Shown: positions 23,982 through 32,022 of the stretch, piece after piece
Position numbering within the stretch: position 1 is the first letter of the stretch
How the letters are laid out: the number at the start of each line of letters is the position of its first letter
Origin: a virus
Direction: 5' to 3' (one strand)
Length of the DNA stretch: 35,307 nt
Virus record (IMG/VR): IMGVR_UViG_3300020181_000009
Coordinates: 1 to 35,307 of that record
Notes under the pieces: generated by a model
Seen by the model: the letters and a program-made list of their open reading frames with translations, nothing else
Told to the model about the DNA's origin: nothing
Databases searched by the model: none
Program-made: the position numbers and the translations under genes

Positions 23982-24011
23982 ACCCTAACACGTGACCTAT
24001 TAGGTTGTCCA
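23982..24011 (-). promoter_or_regulatory. Promoter box B: TGGACA-N18-TAGGGT
   Basis: Box TAGGTCACGTGTTAGGGT on the minus strand (23999..23982). -35 at 24011..24006, inside the helicase 3' end. The 11-bp palindrome ACCTATTAGGT lies at 23995..24005. Confidence 0.45.
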
Positions 24012-25682
24012 ATACCCGGCCGGCGAGACCTGCTCGACGCACGGCAGCGTGTCGATCGCGGTCGCGGCCCATCGTGCGTCCTGCGCCTCGACCAGCGCGC
24101 CGACGGTCGTCGGTGCCTGCTCGCCGCCCGGCGCCTCGCCCGCGTAGATCGCCGCGATGCGCTCGGACCGGGTGAGCCGCTTGCCCCGCCACGCGGCAGC
24201 GCGCTCGAGCGGACGCTCGGCACGCGCCCTGGCCGCCTTCTCGCCCCAACTCATCGCCGCGGTGATGTCGCACGGATCCTCGTGCACGAGCTCGCCGTCG
24301 GTCCAACGCACGTCGTACCGGTCGACCTCGGCGGCCGGTACGAGGATGACTGCGGCACCGCTCCCGGTCGGCAGATACCAGACGCCCCGCGGTGAGCGCT
24401 GCCACGCCGTGTGACTCGCCGAGAACAGGTCGATCAGCTCGTACCCGAGCTCGCCGTCGACACCGTGAAGTTCATCCGGAGTAGGCGCACCAACGGTTTT
24501 CGGCTCGTCGTCGTCCACATCGGACTCGTCATCGAACTGCTTGAGCTCGTCGTCGAGATCCTCGATCATCTCGGCGCCCTCGAGCTGCACGACGGAGCGC
24601 AGGCGGTGCCGCCCGGTCGCGCCGACGACATCGAGCACGAGGCAGTCGGTCTGTCCGGGGTACGGCCGCAGCCCGCGCCCGGCCATCTGCTGAAACAGCA
24701 CTTCCGAGCTCGTCGGCCGCCCGAGTACGACGAGATCCCAGATCGGCACGTCGGTGCCCTCGGTGAACAGCCCGACGTTGCACACGACGTCGTACTCGCC
24801 GAGGCGGGCGCGCTTGATGATCTCCTTACGTACCGCCTTGGGCGTGTCCGCATCGACGTGGATGCTGCGCAGCCCGTGCTCGGCGAACACCCGGGCCTGC
24901 TCTTTGCTGAGCTCGACGCTCGGCAGGAAAGCGACCCCGCGGCGGCCCTTGCCGTGCTCGAGCACGGCCCGCGCGATCGCGGCCGGCGCGAGCGCATCGC
25001 TCATCGCCTGCGCGACCGCCCGGTCGTCAAGCCCGCTGTCGCTCGTGCGCGACGTCCGGACCCGCGAGAAGTCGAGTCCCTCGACCTTGACGCGCACGCC
25101 CCGCGGGCGCAGCAGCCACCCGTCGCGGATCAGTTCATCCATGGGCACGACCTCGCTCGGCGGCCCGTCAAACGTGTCACCGAGGGCGAGCCCGTCGGCG
25201 CGGCCGAGCGTGGCGGTCACGCCAAGCAGCAGCGGCCCGGTCGGCTCGAACACGCCGAGACCGCGCAGGATCGTCTGATAGCTCGGCGCCGCGATGTGAT
25301 GCGTCTCGTCGACGATCACGAGACCCGGCCGGCGCGCCGCGACGAGCCCGAGCGCACCCGGGCGCACGACGGTCTGCACGCTGCCGACGATGACCGCCCG
25401 GTCGACCTCGCGCCGCCGCCCCTGCAGCACCCCGACCGACAACCCGGCCGAGGAGCTCAGCAGCTTCTCCTCGGCCGAGTCGATCAACTCGGTACGGTGC
25501 GCGAGCACGAGCACGGGCGCGCCAGCCGCTACGCAGTCGACCGCGGCGCGGGCGAACACGACGGTCTTACCGCCTCCCGTCGGCAGCACGAGCGGCACGC
25601 GGCGCCGGCCAGCGCCGTACGCGGCATACGTCTTGTCGATCGCCCGCTGCTGGTAAGGCCTGAGCGTGAGCGCCTCGGCCAC
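24000..25682 (-). CDS. SF2 DEAD/DEAH-box DNA helicase, about 560 aa (track ORF extends to 25757)
   Basis: Motif I PTGGGKT, motif II VIVDETHH, motif III TATLGR. GTG 25682 overlaps the upstream TAG. Confidence 0.85.
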   Translation of the reverse strand: MAEALTLRPYQQRAIDKTYAAYGAGRRRVPLVLPTGGGKTVVFARAAVDCVAAGAPVLVLAHRTELIDSAEEKLLSSSAGLSVGVLQGRRREVDRAVIVGSVQTVVRPGALGLVAARRPGLVIVDETHHIAAPSYQTILRGLGVFEPTGPLLLGVTATLGRADGLALGDTFDGPPSEVVPMDELIRDGWLLRPRGVRVKVEGLDFSRVRTSRTSDSGLDDRAVAQAMSDALAPAAIARAVLEHGKGRRGVAFLPSVELSKEQARVFAEHGLRSIHVDADTPKAVRKEIIKRARLGEYDVVCNVGLFTEGTDVPIWDLVVLGRPTSSEVLFQQMAGRGLRPYPGQTDCLVLDVVGATGRHRLRSVVQLEGAEMIEDLDDELKQFDDESDVDDDEPKTVGAPTPDELHGVDGELGYELIDLFSASHTAWQRSPRGVWYLPTGSGAAVILVPAAEVDRYDVRWTDGELVHEDPCDITAAMSWGEKAARARAERPLERAAAWRGKRLTRSERIAAIYAGEAPGGEQAPTTVGALVEAQDARWAATAIDTLPCVEQVSPAGYWTT

Positions 25683-25960
25683 TACCCCGCCCGCCAGTGC
25701 GTCACGCGGGTAAGGCGCCGGGAGCGGTACGGCTCGAGCCCGCTGCACCGCCCGCACACGGGGTCGTCGCCCGCTCGGCCGAGCGCCTTACGGTCGCCGC
25801 ACCCGACACAGTTCGGCTGCGGATCCTCGCTCAGGTCGCCGCCCGCGGTCGGCCCCTCGAGCGCCTCGGCCAGCGCCGGCCAGATTGTCCGCACCGTTTT
25901 CTGCTTGCTCTGCCCGGCCGCCTCGCGCCAGACCTTGTACGGATCGAGTGCCATCGTCAC
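25682..25960 (-). CDS. Hypothetical CxxC...CxxC protein, 92 aa
   Basis: Track ORF. Contains NCVGCG...VCGRC. GTGA overlap with the upstream stop. Confidence 0.55.
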   Translation of the reverse strand: MTMALDPYKVWREAAGQSKQKTVRTIWPALAEALEGPTAGGDLSEDPQPNCVGCGDRKALGRAGDDPVCGRCSGLEPYRSRRLTRVTHWRAG

Positions 25961-26496
25961 GCCTTCCCATGCTTAGCGGCGATCTCGCGCACCTGCTCGC
26001 CGACCTCGCCAAACGTCCTCGCCAGATAGAACGCCTCGCCACACGGGCAGACGAGCTCGGCGTTACCGTCGCGATCGATCTCGAACGCGAACAGGTCGAC
26101 AAATGGCACGTCGGTCGGGAAGTAGTCGATTCCCTCACTCGCTCGCCACTGCCACCGCGCGGGCGGGGTGCGGCCGATGGTGCAGAACACGGTCTCGATG
26201 ATCGGGTGCAGCGGCCGGATCAGGATCCGGGTACCGCGGTCGCGCAGCACCGCGCGCAGATCGTGTTCTGCGCAACCTTGAGCGGCCCAGACCGTGCGGT
26301 GATCGCCACCCTCGGCCGCGGGCACGAGTCGCTCACCAACAACGCGGTACGCGCGAACGGCGCGACCCGTGCCCCGCGGCTCGCTGACGACCCGGTACTC
26401 GACACCGTACGCGGTCGTGCCCTCGTACGCGGTCGCGCCGACCATGGCCTCGGCGTTGCGCAGCCCGCGGGCGCGCCGCCAGCTGATGGCGCTCAT
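25957..26496 (-). CDS. Hypothetical protein, 179 aa
   Basis: ATG 26496 forms an ATGA overlap with the upstream stop. The track's upstream extension is Arg-rich. Confidence 0.55.
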   Translation of the reverse strand: MSAISWRRARGLRNAEAMVGATAYEGTTAYGVEYRVVSEPRGTGRAVRAYRVVGERLVPAAEGGDHRTVWAAQGCAEHDLRAVLRDRGTRILIRPLHPIIETVFCTIGRTPPARWQWRASEGIDYFPTDVPFVDLFAFEIDRDGNAELVCPCGEAFYLARTFGEVGEQVREIAAKHGKA

Positions 26497-26846
26497 CGGG
26501 TGGCCTCGGCGACCGCGTAGCCGATGTGGCGGTCGCAGTGCAGCACGGGATCGCGGCCGCCGACGCGACGCACGTGACCACTCGCGACCGCGGGGCAGTA
26601 CCGGCACTTGCCGCTGATGCCCGCCCGGTACTCGGTGATCTCCTGCGGGCTCAGCGCTCGCGCGGTCGGGCGCCGCAGGGTCCGGCGGATCGCGATGTCG
26701 AGCACGACCACGACCAACGCGACGCAGGCGAACACAGCGACCGCGAACGTGGCGGTCACCGAGCGCATGACGAGCGCGGTCAGGATGGCGATCACGGCAT
26801 AGAGCGCGAGGCGCCCGGCGCGCCGGCTGAGCAGGTTCCGGATCAT
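26493..26846 (-). CDS. Membrane protein with C-terminal CxxC...HCxxH motif, 117 aa
   Basis: ATG 26846 follows a GAGGGAG Shine-Dalgarno sequence. Two TM helices, then KCRYCPAV...HCDRH. Confidence 0.6.
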   Translation of the reverse strand: MIRNLLSRRAGRLALYAVIAILTALVMRSVTATFAVAVFACVALVVVVLDIAIRRTLRRPTARALSPQEITEYRAGISGKCRYCPAVASGHVRRVGGRDPVLHCDRHIGYAVAEATR

Positions 26847-26880
26847 GATGTCTCCCTCATCGGATCGACTTGATACGTCC

Positions 26881-26910
26881 AAGCTAATAGGTCGGCTACT
26901 AGCTTGTCAA
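26881..26910 (-). promoter_or_regulatory. Promoter box D: TTGACA-N18-TAGCTT
   Basis: Minus-strand -35 at 26910..26905 and -10 at 26886..26881. Box TAGCCGACCTATTAGCTT. A 34-nt leader with a Shine-Dalgarno sequence runs to ATG 26846. Confidence 0.5.
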
Positions 26911-26948
26911 CCACTCACTGTCAGTGAGCGTTACGTTTACAGAGCGTG

Positions 26949-27034
26949 TGATACGGATGATACGGATGATTCCCGTTCCTCGCGTAACGCGCAGGCATGC
27001 GCGTTCTTGGGAACCATCCGTATCATGTGTATCA
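26949..27034. repeat. Imperfect palindrome with TGATACGGA repeats downstream of the primase gene
   Basis: Direct copies at 26949..26957 and 26958..26966; inverted copy at 27017..27025; TGATAC half-copies at 26871 and 27029..27034. Inner hairpin AACGCGCA-GGCA-TGCGCGTT at 26986..27005. Confidence 0.7.
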
Positions 27035-29617
27035 ACCCTGCTCAGCGGTAGTGCCGGAGACAAAACGGACGCCCCACCATGCCCGCTGCATCTTACCGAC
27101 AGCAGCCTCAGCGGTACTCTGTGAAGCGACCGCCCCGAACGCCGGCATGAGCAGCGAACGCGGCCGGAACGACCTCTGCTCGCCTTCCCGTACCCGCCGC
27201 AGCGCGAACGTGACCCGATGCGACACGGTTTCGTCGTGTTGCTCGAACTTGGTCTTAAATGTCTGGATAGACATCGGTTTGTGCCCGCTCGCCTCGGCCC
27301 ACGCGTTGAACTCGGCGTGCATGTCGGTGCCCGTGATGTAGCTCGAGGGGTCCGCGGTCAGGCACTCGCGCCAGAACCGGATGATCATGTCGCTGTCCTC
27401 GCGCCACTGCAGCGTGTCGGCCGCGACGGTCGCCGGCAGCGGCGGCATCCGGCGCTCGGCCGCATACCAGCGCATGGCGCCGGCCACGAGCCACGCGAGA
27501 ACCGCCTCACGCTGCCGCTCGCCCTCTTTCATGCGGTCGCGCAGGGTCGGGTCACCCGGACGCTCGTGCTCGGCCCCTGTGGCGTCCTGCGGGCTGACGA
27601 ACTTGAACGGGAACTGCACGAGCACGAGTCGCCGCCACGTCCCGTGGTCGGTCTCGGTGACCTTGGGCAGGTAGTTGGTCGAGACGAACAACGAGTGCGT
27701 GCTCTGCCACGTGATCGAGTCCTGCCTGATCTTGCGGGCCGTCATCTCGGGGGTGCCGATGACGTCCTTGAGCCGCTTCACGTTCAGGTGCCCGTCGTCG
27801 GGCAGCTCCTCGGCCAGCGCGAACCGCGCCCCGAGCAGCACGGTCATCTCGGTCGAGTGCGCCTTGGGGTCGGCGAGCAGAACCTTGTCGCTGACGAACA
27901 CGCCGTAGCTGCCGAGGCAGGACTTAACCGCATTAAGCACGGTCGACTTGCCGTTCTCACCGCCACCGCGCAGCAGCAGCAGCTTGTCGTCGCTGGTCAT
28001 GTGGCCTGTAATGGCCTGCCCGAACCGCACCGCGAGCCACTCGGCCACGTCCGGCGCCACCGCGGTCAGCGCCGCTCGCCAGTCCGGGTGGTCGGCGCCG
28101 GCCACGTAGCCGACGTCCGTGATCTTCGTAAACCGCATGGCCGGGTCGTGCGCCCGCTGCTGCCCGGTGCGCAGGTCGACGATCCCGCTCTGCGTGTTGA
28201 GCAGATCGGGGTGCGCGTCGAACGCCTCGGCCTCGACGTGCAGCACGCCCCGGCACAACCGGGTGATTGCGCCGATCCGGTACGCCGAGTTGAGCCCGTT
28301 GATCGCCTTACTGACCTCCCGGTCGACGGCGAACACGTTCTCGAGCTGCTTGGCCGCGTACCGCGCGAGCCACAGCCGCACGACCTCGATCACGCTCTCT
28401 TCGCTGGTCTCGCGCCAGCGCTGGCCCGTCCACGCGAGCCACCCGAGCCCGGGTGCCCAGCAGTGCGAGGCGTAGAGCAGCTCGTCACAGAGCAGCTGCG
28501 CGATCGCCGAGTCGGTCAGCTCGGCCTCGGCGATGCGCTCATCGACTTTTGGGGGCGCGACCATCACCTGACCGTCCGGGGCCGTAGGCAGGTTCGGGGG
28601 CGGGGGCGCGAGCAGGCTCGGCACGCTGCAGGCGCAGAGCGTCCGCGGTACCACGTTGTCGGCCGCCGCCAGACTCACCGCCCCGGTCAACAGCCGCAGC
28701 CACTCGCCCTCGCTGTCGCGGCCGGGCGCCGCGGTCACGTCCACGAACACGGCACCGAGCTCGAGCAGCGCGCCCGGCGCGCCGGCATGCCCCTCGCCGC
28801 CGTACGCCGCGATCGTCCGCGCAGCGTCCCGGGCCGTCTCGTGCCGCCCGGCCCGGCCGACCCGCAGCTCGCCGACCGCCCGCTGCAGCGCGTCCGCGAC
28901 CCGCGGGCAGGGCGCCTCGTCGCGCAGCTTCTCCCACCACGCAGCCATGTCGCCGTGTGCGAGGTCGCTCTTTTCAGTGCGCTCGTACGACAGCGCGAGT
29001 CCGCGTACCCACGCCTCGGGCAGTATCGGAAACGTTCCGGGATCGGGTGGGTACGGGCACGCATCGCCAAGCTCGGCGCCGTGCTGATAACGCCACGCGT
29101 ACTCGGCACCGTCCGCCTCGGGATTGGTGCTCGGCCACACGACCGCGTACCGGTGCCCGTGCTGAATCAGCTCGATGCCCTTGGCTGCTTCACCGGGCCA
29201 GTTGATCGGGCGCCCGTCGAGCTCGGTCGGTACGCGGAACCATCGGATCCCGCTCGGCGCCGGCCGGGCCGAGCTGACCCACGTCGGCGGCAGCGGCCCG
29301 TACTTGGCCTCGAGCTCGGCGAGCGCAGCGGCGCCGGCCTTGACCTGTCCGCCCTTCTCGTACGCGTCCACGTCGAGCCCGAGCACGCCCTCGGGGGCGC
29401 GCAGGCCGATGTTCCGCTCGCCGTGCGTCTCGATGTACGCCTCGACGTCGGCGGCCGACGGGTCCGGGTTGCCGTGCCCGGTGAAGCCTCGCGGCGGCGG
29501 CCACTTCTCGCCGGCCTTGGCGCCGACGGGCAAAACTCCCAGCCACCCGGCCGCTCGATATAGCCGAGCGGCTCGTGCATATGGGCCGGTAACGGTACTA
29601 TCGCCGCTAGTCAGCAC
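27032..29617 (-). CDS. Bifunctional primase-polymerase / P4-D5-type primase-helicase, about 861 aa (track start 29647)
   Basis: N-terminal prim-pol pattern with VLGLDVDAY. C-terminal Walker A GGGENGKST. GTG 29617 follows an AGGGGAG Shine-Dalgarno sequence. Confidence 0.85.
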   Translation of the reverse strand: MLTSGDSTVTGPYARAARLYRAAGWLGVLPVGAKAGEKWPPPRGFTGHGNPDPSAADVEAYIETHGERNIGLRAPEGVLGLDVDAYEKGGQVKAGAAALAELEAKYGPLPPTWVSSARPAPSGIRWFRVPTELDGRPINWPGEAAKGIELIQHGHRYAVVWPSTNPEADGAEYAWRYQHGAELGDACPYPPDPGTFPILPEAWVRGLALSYERTEKSDLAHGDMAAWWEKLRDEAPCPRVADALQRAVGELRVGRAGRHETARDAARTIAAYGGEGHAGAPGALLELGAVFVDVTAAPGRDSEGEWLRLLTGAVSLAAADNVVPRTLCACSVPSLLAPPPPNLPTAPDGQVMVAPPKVDERIAEAELTDSAIAQLLCDELLYASHCWAPGLGWLAWTGQRWRETSEESVIEVVRLWLARYAAKQLENVFAVDREVSKAINGLNSAYRIGAITRLCRGVLHVEAEAFDAHPDLLNTQSGIVDLRTGQQRAHDPAMRFTKITDVGYVAGADHPDWRAALTAVAPDVAEWLAVRFGQAITGHMTSDDKLLLLRGGGENGKSTVLNAVKSCLGSYGVFVSDKVLLADPKAHSTEMTVLLGARFALAEELPDDGHLNVKRLKDVIGTPEMTARKIRQDSITWQSTHSLFVSTNYLPKVTETDHGTWRRLVLVQFPFKFVSPQDATGAEHERPGDPTLRDRMKEGERQREAVLAWLVAGAMRWYAAERRMPPLPATVAADTLQWREDSDMIIRFWRECLTADPSSYITGTDMHAEFNAWAEASGHKPMSIQTFKTKFEQHDETVSHRVTFALRRVREGEQRSFRPRSLLMPAFGAVASQSTAEAAVGKMQRAWWGVRFVSGTTAEQG

Positions 29618-29649
29618 GGATGGATCTCCCCTATCTCGCTGTCGCACCT

Positions 29650-29684
29650 GAGCGCGTTGCCGACCCCCGTGCGGCGACGCGCTC
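29650..29684 (-). terminator. Long hairpin between the RHH gene and the primase gene
   Basis: GAGCGCGTTGCCG pairs with CGGCGACGCGCTC: 13 positions including one wobble or mismatch, with a 9-nt loop. Confidence 0.45.
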
Positions 29685-29717
29685 TCGTGTCGTATTCGGT
29701 TGTGCGGGCGGGCAACG

Positions 29718-29993
29718 CTACGCCGTGCCTGCTCGCTTGATCAGCTCGGCGCGCCCGAGCTTGATGCGCCTGTCGTACTCGGCATTCAGCACGGCCGATG
29801 TCCGGTAACTCTCGATGGCATCCTCAAGCAGCGCGCGGGCGACCGCGCCCTCACTGCGCGCCCCGTCGGCGATCTTGCTGCCGAGCAGGAAGGCTCGCGT
29901 CTCCTCGGTCATCAGTACGTTGACGTGCTCCGTCAGCAGCGCGGGCTCGGCCGCGGGGGCGACTCGCGCCTCGGTCTCGTTTGTCATGGTCAT
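29718..29993 (-). CDS. Ribbon-helix-helix (CopG/Arc-like) regulator, 91 aa (89 aa if leaderless ATG 29987)
   Basis: Pattern HVNVLMTEETRAFLLGS...EGAVARALLEDAIESY fits strand-helix-helix. The gene abuts the operator palindrome. Confidence 0.6.
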   Translation of the reverse strand: MTMTNETEARVAPAAEPALLTEHVNVLMTEETRAFLLGSKIADGARSEGAVARALLEDAIESYRTSAVLNAEYDRRIKLGRAELIKRAGTA

Positions 29994-30042
29994 AACCTAA
30001 CAGACGACCTAGGTTGCGCGCTATTAGGTCGTCTGTTAGGTT
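29994..30042. promoter_or_regulatory. Divergent operator/promoter: perfect 18-bp inverted repeat with 13-nt spacer
   Basis: AACCTAACAGACGACCTA (29994..30011) is the exact reverse complement of TAGGTCGTCTGTTAGGTT (30025..30042). Each arm ends in a TAGGTT -10 facing outward. Confidence 0.6.
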
Positions 30043-30049
30043 CATGGGC

Positions 30050-30220
30050 ATGAAGTTGTTCCGGACCCGGCGCCACCGCGGCGCACACCGTGCCCGCCGG
30101 CCGGGAGACTGCCACTGCACGGTCCGTCCCCCGGTCGACCCGTGGGCCGGTAACCCGATCCTGTTCCCCCGGTACGCCCCGGCACTGTGGGCGGCCGCCG
30201 ACCGAAAGGCGATCCTCTGA
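30050..30220 (+). CDS. Small basic protein, 56 aa (leaderless; 58 aa if ATG 30044)
   Basis: MKLFRTRRHRGAHRARRPGDCHC.... Third codon positions are very G/C-rich. ATG lies 7 nt after the -10 at 30037..30042. Confidence 0.55.
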   Translation: MKLFRTRRHRGAHRARRPGDCHCTVRPPVDPWAGNPILFPRYAPALWAAADRKAIL

Positions 30221-30726
30221 TGGCCATGCCCGCATACGAACCGCGCCGTAAGCGCAACACGATGAGCGGCGTGCTGCTCGGCGCGCTGGTGCTCTTCCTG
30301 ATCTGCATCGGCGGCACCGTGTTCGCCGCACTCTCGGATGACAGCACGCCACCGCCGGCCGTGCCGACGTTCGACCCGACGAACCACTCGACGCAGCCGC
30401 CGCGGACGCTCGCTCCGACGGTCGCACCGACGACCCCCGCGGCCGAGCAGCCCGCACCGAGCACGGCGGCCGCCAAGGCGCCCGCCCCGACGATCGCAGG
30501 CGATGACGTCGTGCAGGTCGGGCAGGACGTGCCCGCGGGCACTTACCGCGCCGTGGAAGCGGTCGAGAACGACGGCTTCCTGATGTGCTATTGGCTCAAG
30601 AGCAGCGACGCCGAGGGCACGCAGATCATCAGCAACGGCCTGCCGCAGGGCGGGCGGCCGCAGGTGACGCTCAAGAAAGGTCAATGGTTCACCTCTCAGG
30701 GTTGCCCGACGTGGCGCAAACAGTGA
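30220..30726 (+). CDS. Membrane-anchored protein with Pro/Thr/Ala linker and small Cys-bonded C-terminal domain, 168 aa
   Basis: ATG 30220 overlaps the upstream stop (TGATG). TM segment VLLGALVLFLICIGGTVFAAL. C-terminal pattern PAGTYRA...CYW...GCPTW. Confidence 0.65.
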   Translation: MAMPAYEPRRKRNTMSGVLLGALVLFLICIGGTVFAALSDDSTPPPAVPTFDPTNHSTQPPRTLAPTVAPTTPAAEQPAPSTAAAKAPAPTIAGDDVVQVGQDVPAGTYRAVEAVENDGFLMCYWLKSSDAEGTQIISNGLPQGGRPQVTLKKGQWFTSQGCPTWRKQ

Positions 30727-31475
30727 GCAGCGGGCCGTGCCCGTTCCGGCTGTGCTCGGCGACCGTGCAGTTCCTGCCGACCCGGCCGCGGACGCTGGCC
30801 GATGCCGATGAGCCGCCGAGCACGCTGATCGAGCAGCACCGCCTCGAGCCCGAGTCGCAGTACGGTCTGTGCCCCGCCTCGCTGCAGCAGTACCCGCTCA
30901 GCGAGTACGCGGTCGAGCAGCTCGAGAACGTGGCGGTCGGGCTCGAGCGGATGATCAACGAGCGGAAGGCGGGCACGATCACCGCCTCGGGGGCGCCGGC
31001 CACGCCGCAGCACCCGAAAGCGCCGCAGCCCGACGAGCGCGGGCAGCAGTGGTTCGGGCAGGGATCCGGGGGCGGGCGCAGCAGCGGCCCGACCGCCTTG
31101 CCGAAAATGGAATCCGTACCGACACCGACGGGAGACAACGTGGCGAGCGTTGCCGAGACCAAGGCGGCCATTGCGACCGCCAATCAGACGATCGCCGAAG
31201 CGCAGGCCGCGACGCAGAACGCGATGCAGATCGTCGCCGACGCGCAGGCCGCGACCGCGGCGGCGAACGACCTGTTCGAGCAGGCGCTGCGCGAGCTGCA
31301 GGCGGTGCAGGGCGCCTCGCACGCAGACCTCTCGCGCAGCGAGATCAGCCGCGCCATCACGGTCATCGAGATGGCGCAGGCGCTGCTCGCGCAGACGAGC
31401 GAGGAGCTCGAGACTGCACACTCGGTGGCCACGCCGGCCATCGAAAAGAACGCGATGTACGCGGAAGGGCTCTGA
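30723..31475 (+). CDS. Hypothetical protein with helical A/Q-rich C-terminus, 250 aa
   Basis: GTG 30723 overlaps the upstream stop (GTGA). Confidence 0.55.
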   Translation: MSSGPCPFRLCSATVQFLPTRPRTLADADEPPSTLIEQHRLEPESQYGLCPASLQQYPLSEYAVEQLENVAVGLERMINERKAGTITASGAPATPQHPKAPQPDERGQQWFGQGSGGGRSSGPTALPKMESVPTPTGDNVASVAETKAAIATANQTIAEAQAATQNAMQIVADAQAATAAANDLFEQALRELQAVQGASHADLSRSEISRAITVIEMAQALLAQTSEELETAHSVATPAIEKNAMYAEGL

Positions 31476-31744
31476 TGAGTGGCAACCTTGACGATCTCGG
31501 CGCCGCGTTCCGGTCCGCGATCGAGAAGCTCGGCGAGGCGCAGAGCTCGGTCGGCGTGTCCCGTGACCGCCACGACGAGGCGCTGCGGCAGATTTCGCAG
31601 GTCAGCGACGGCAGCGACAACGCCCTCGTGACCTCGGCGCTCGAGAACGTGGCGGCCGCCGACGCGGCGCTCGAGGAAGTGCTCGGGATGTACCAGGCTG
31701 CGCGCGAGGCGCTCGCGACCTACCTGCACGCCAAGGGCATCTAG
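31475..31744 (+). CDS. Small helical protein, 89 aa
   Basis: ATG 31475 overlaps the upstream stop (TGATG). Confidence 0.55.
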   Translation: MSGNLDDLGAAFRSAIEKLGEAQSSVGVSRDRHDEALRQISQVSDGSDNALVTSALENVAAADAALEEVLGMYQAAREALATYLHAKGI

Positions 31745-31746
31745 TC

Positions 31747-32022
31747 GTGCCCGACACGTGGGAGTCCGTGCACGTCGGCGACGTCGTACGCGGGCATGAT
31801 GGGCAGACGTACGGGGTCGCCAGCATTCAGCTCGGCGACCCCCGCGGGCCGATCGTGGCGCTCTTTCGTCACGGTGCGGTCATCGGCCCGGCGCAGCCGC
31901 CACCGGGCACGCCGATCGAGATTATCCAACGGGCCGACAGCGCAGCCGAGGCGCGGGCGTTCGGCATCCTGGCCGCCGCCGGCCTCGGTCCGGAACTACT
32001 AGGGGAGACCTACCAACCATGA
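31747..32022 (+). CDS. Hypothetical protein, 91 aa
   Basis: Track ORF. Its stop overlaps the next ATG (ATGA). Confidence 0.55.
   Translation: MPDTWESVHVGDVVRGHDGQTYGVASIQLGDPRGPIVALFRHGAVIGPAQPPPGTPIEIIQRADSAAEARAFGILAAAGLGPELLGETYQP

Noticed and set aside
26845-27124. Plus-strand ORFs 26845..27051 and 26924..27124 in the primase-downstream gap.
   Set aside because: The region is AT-rich and repeat- or palindrome-dense. The ORFs have no Shine-Dalgarno sequence or promoter on that strand, and their composition is non-coding-like.
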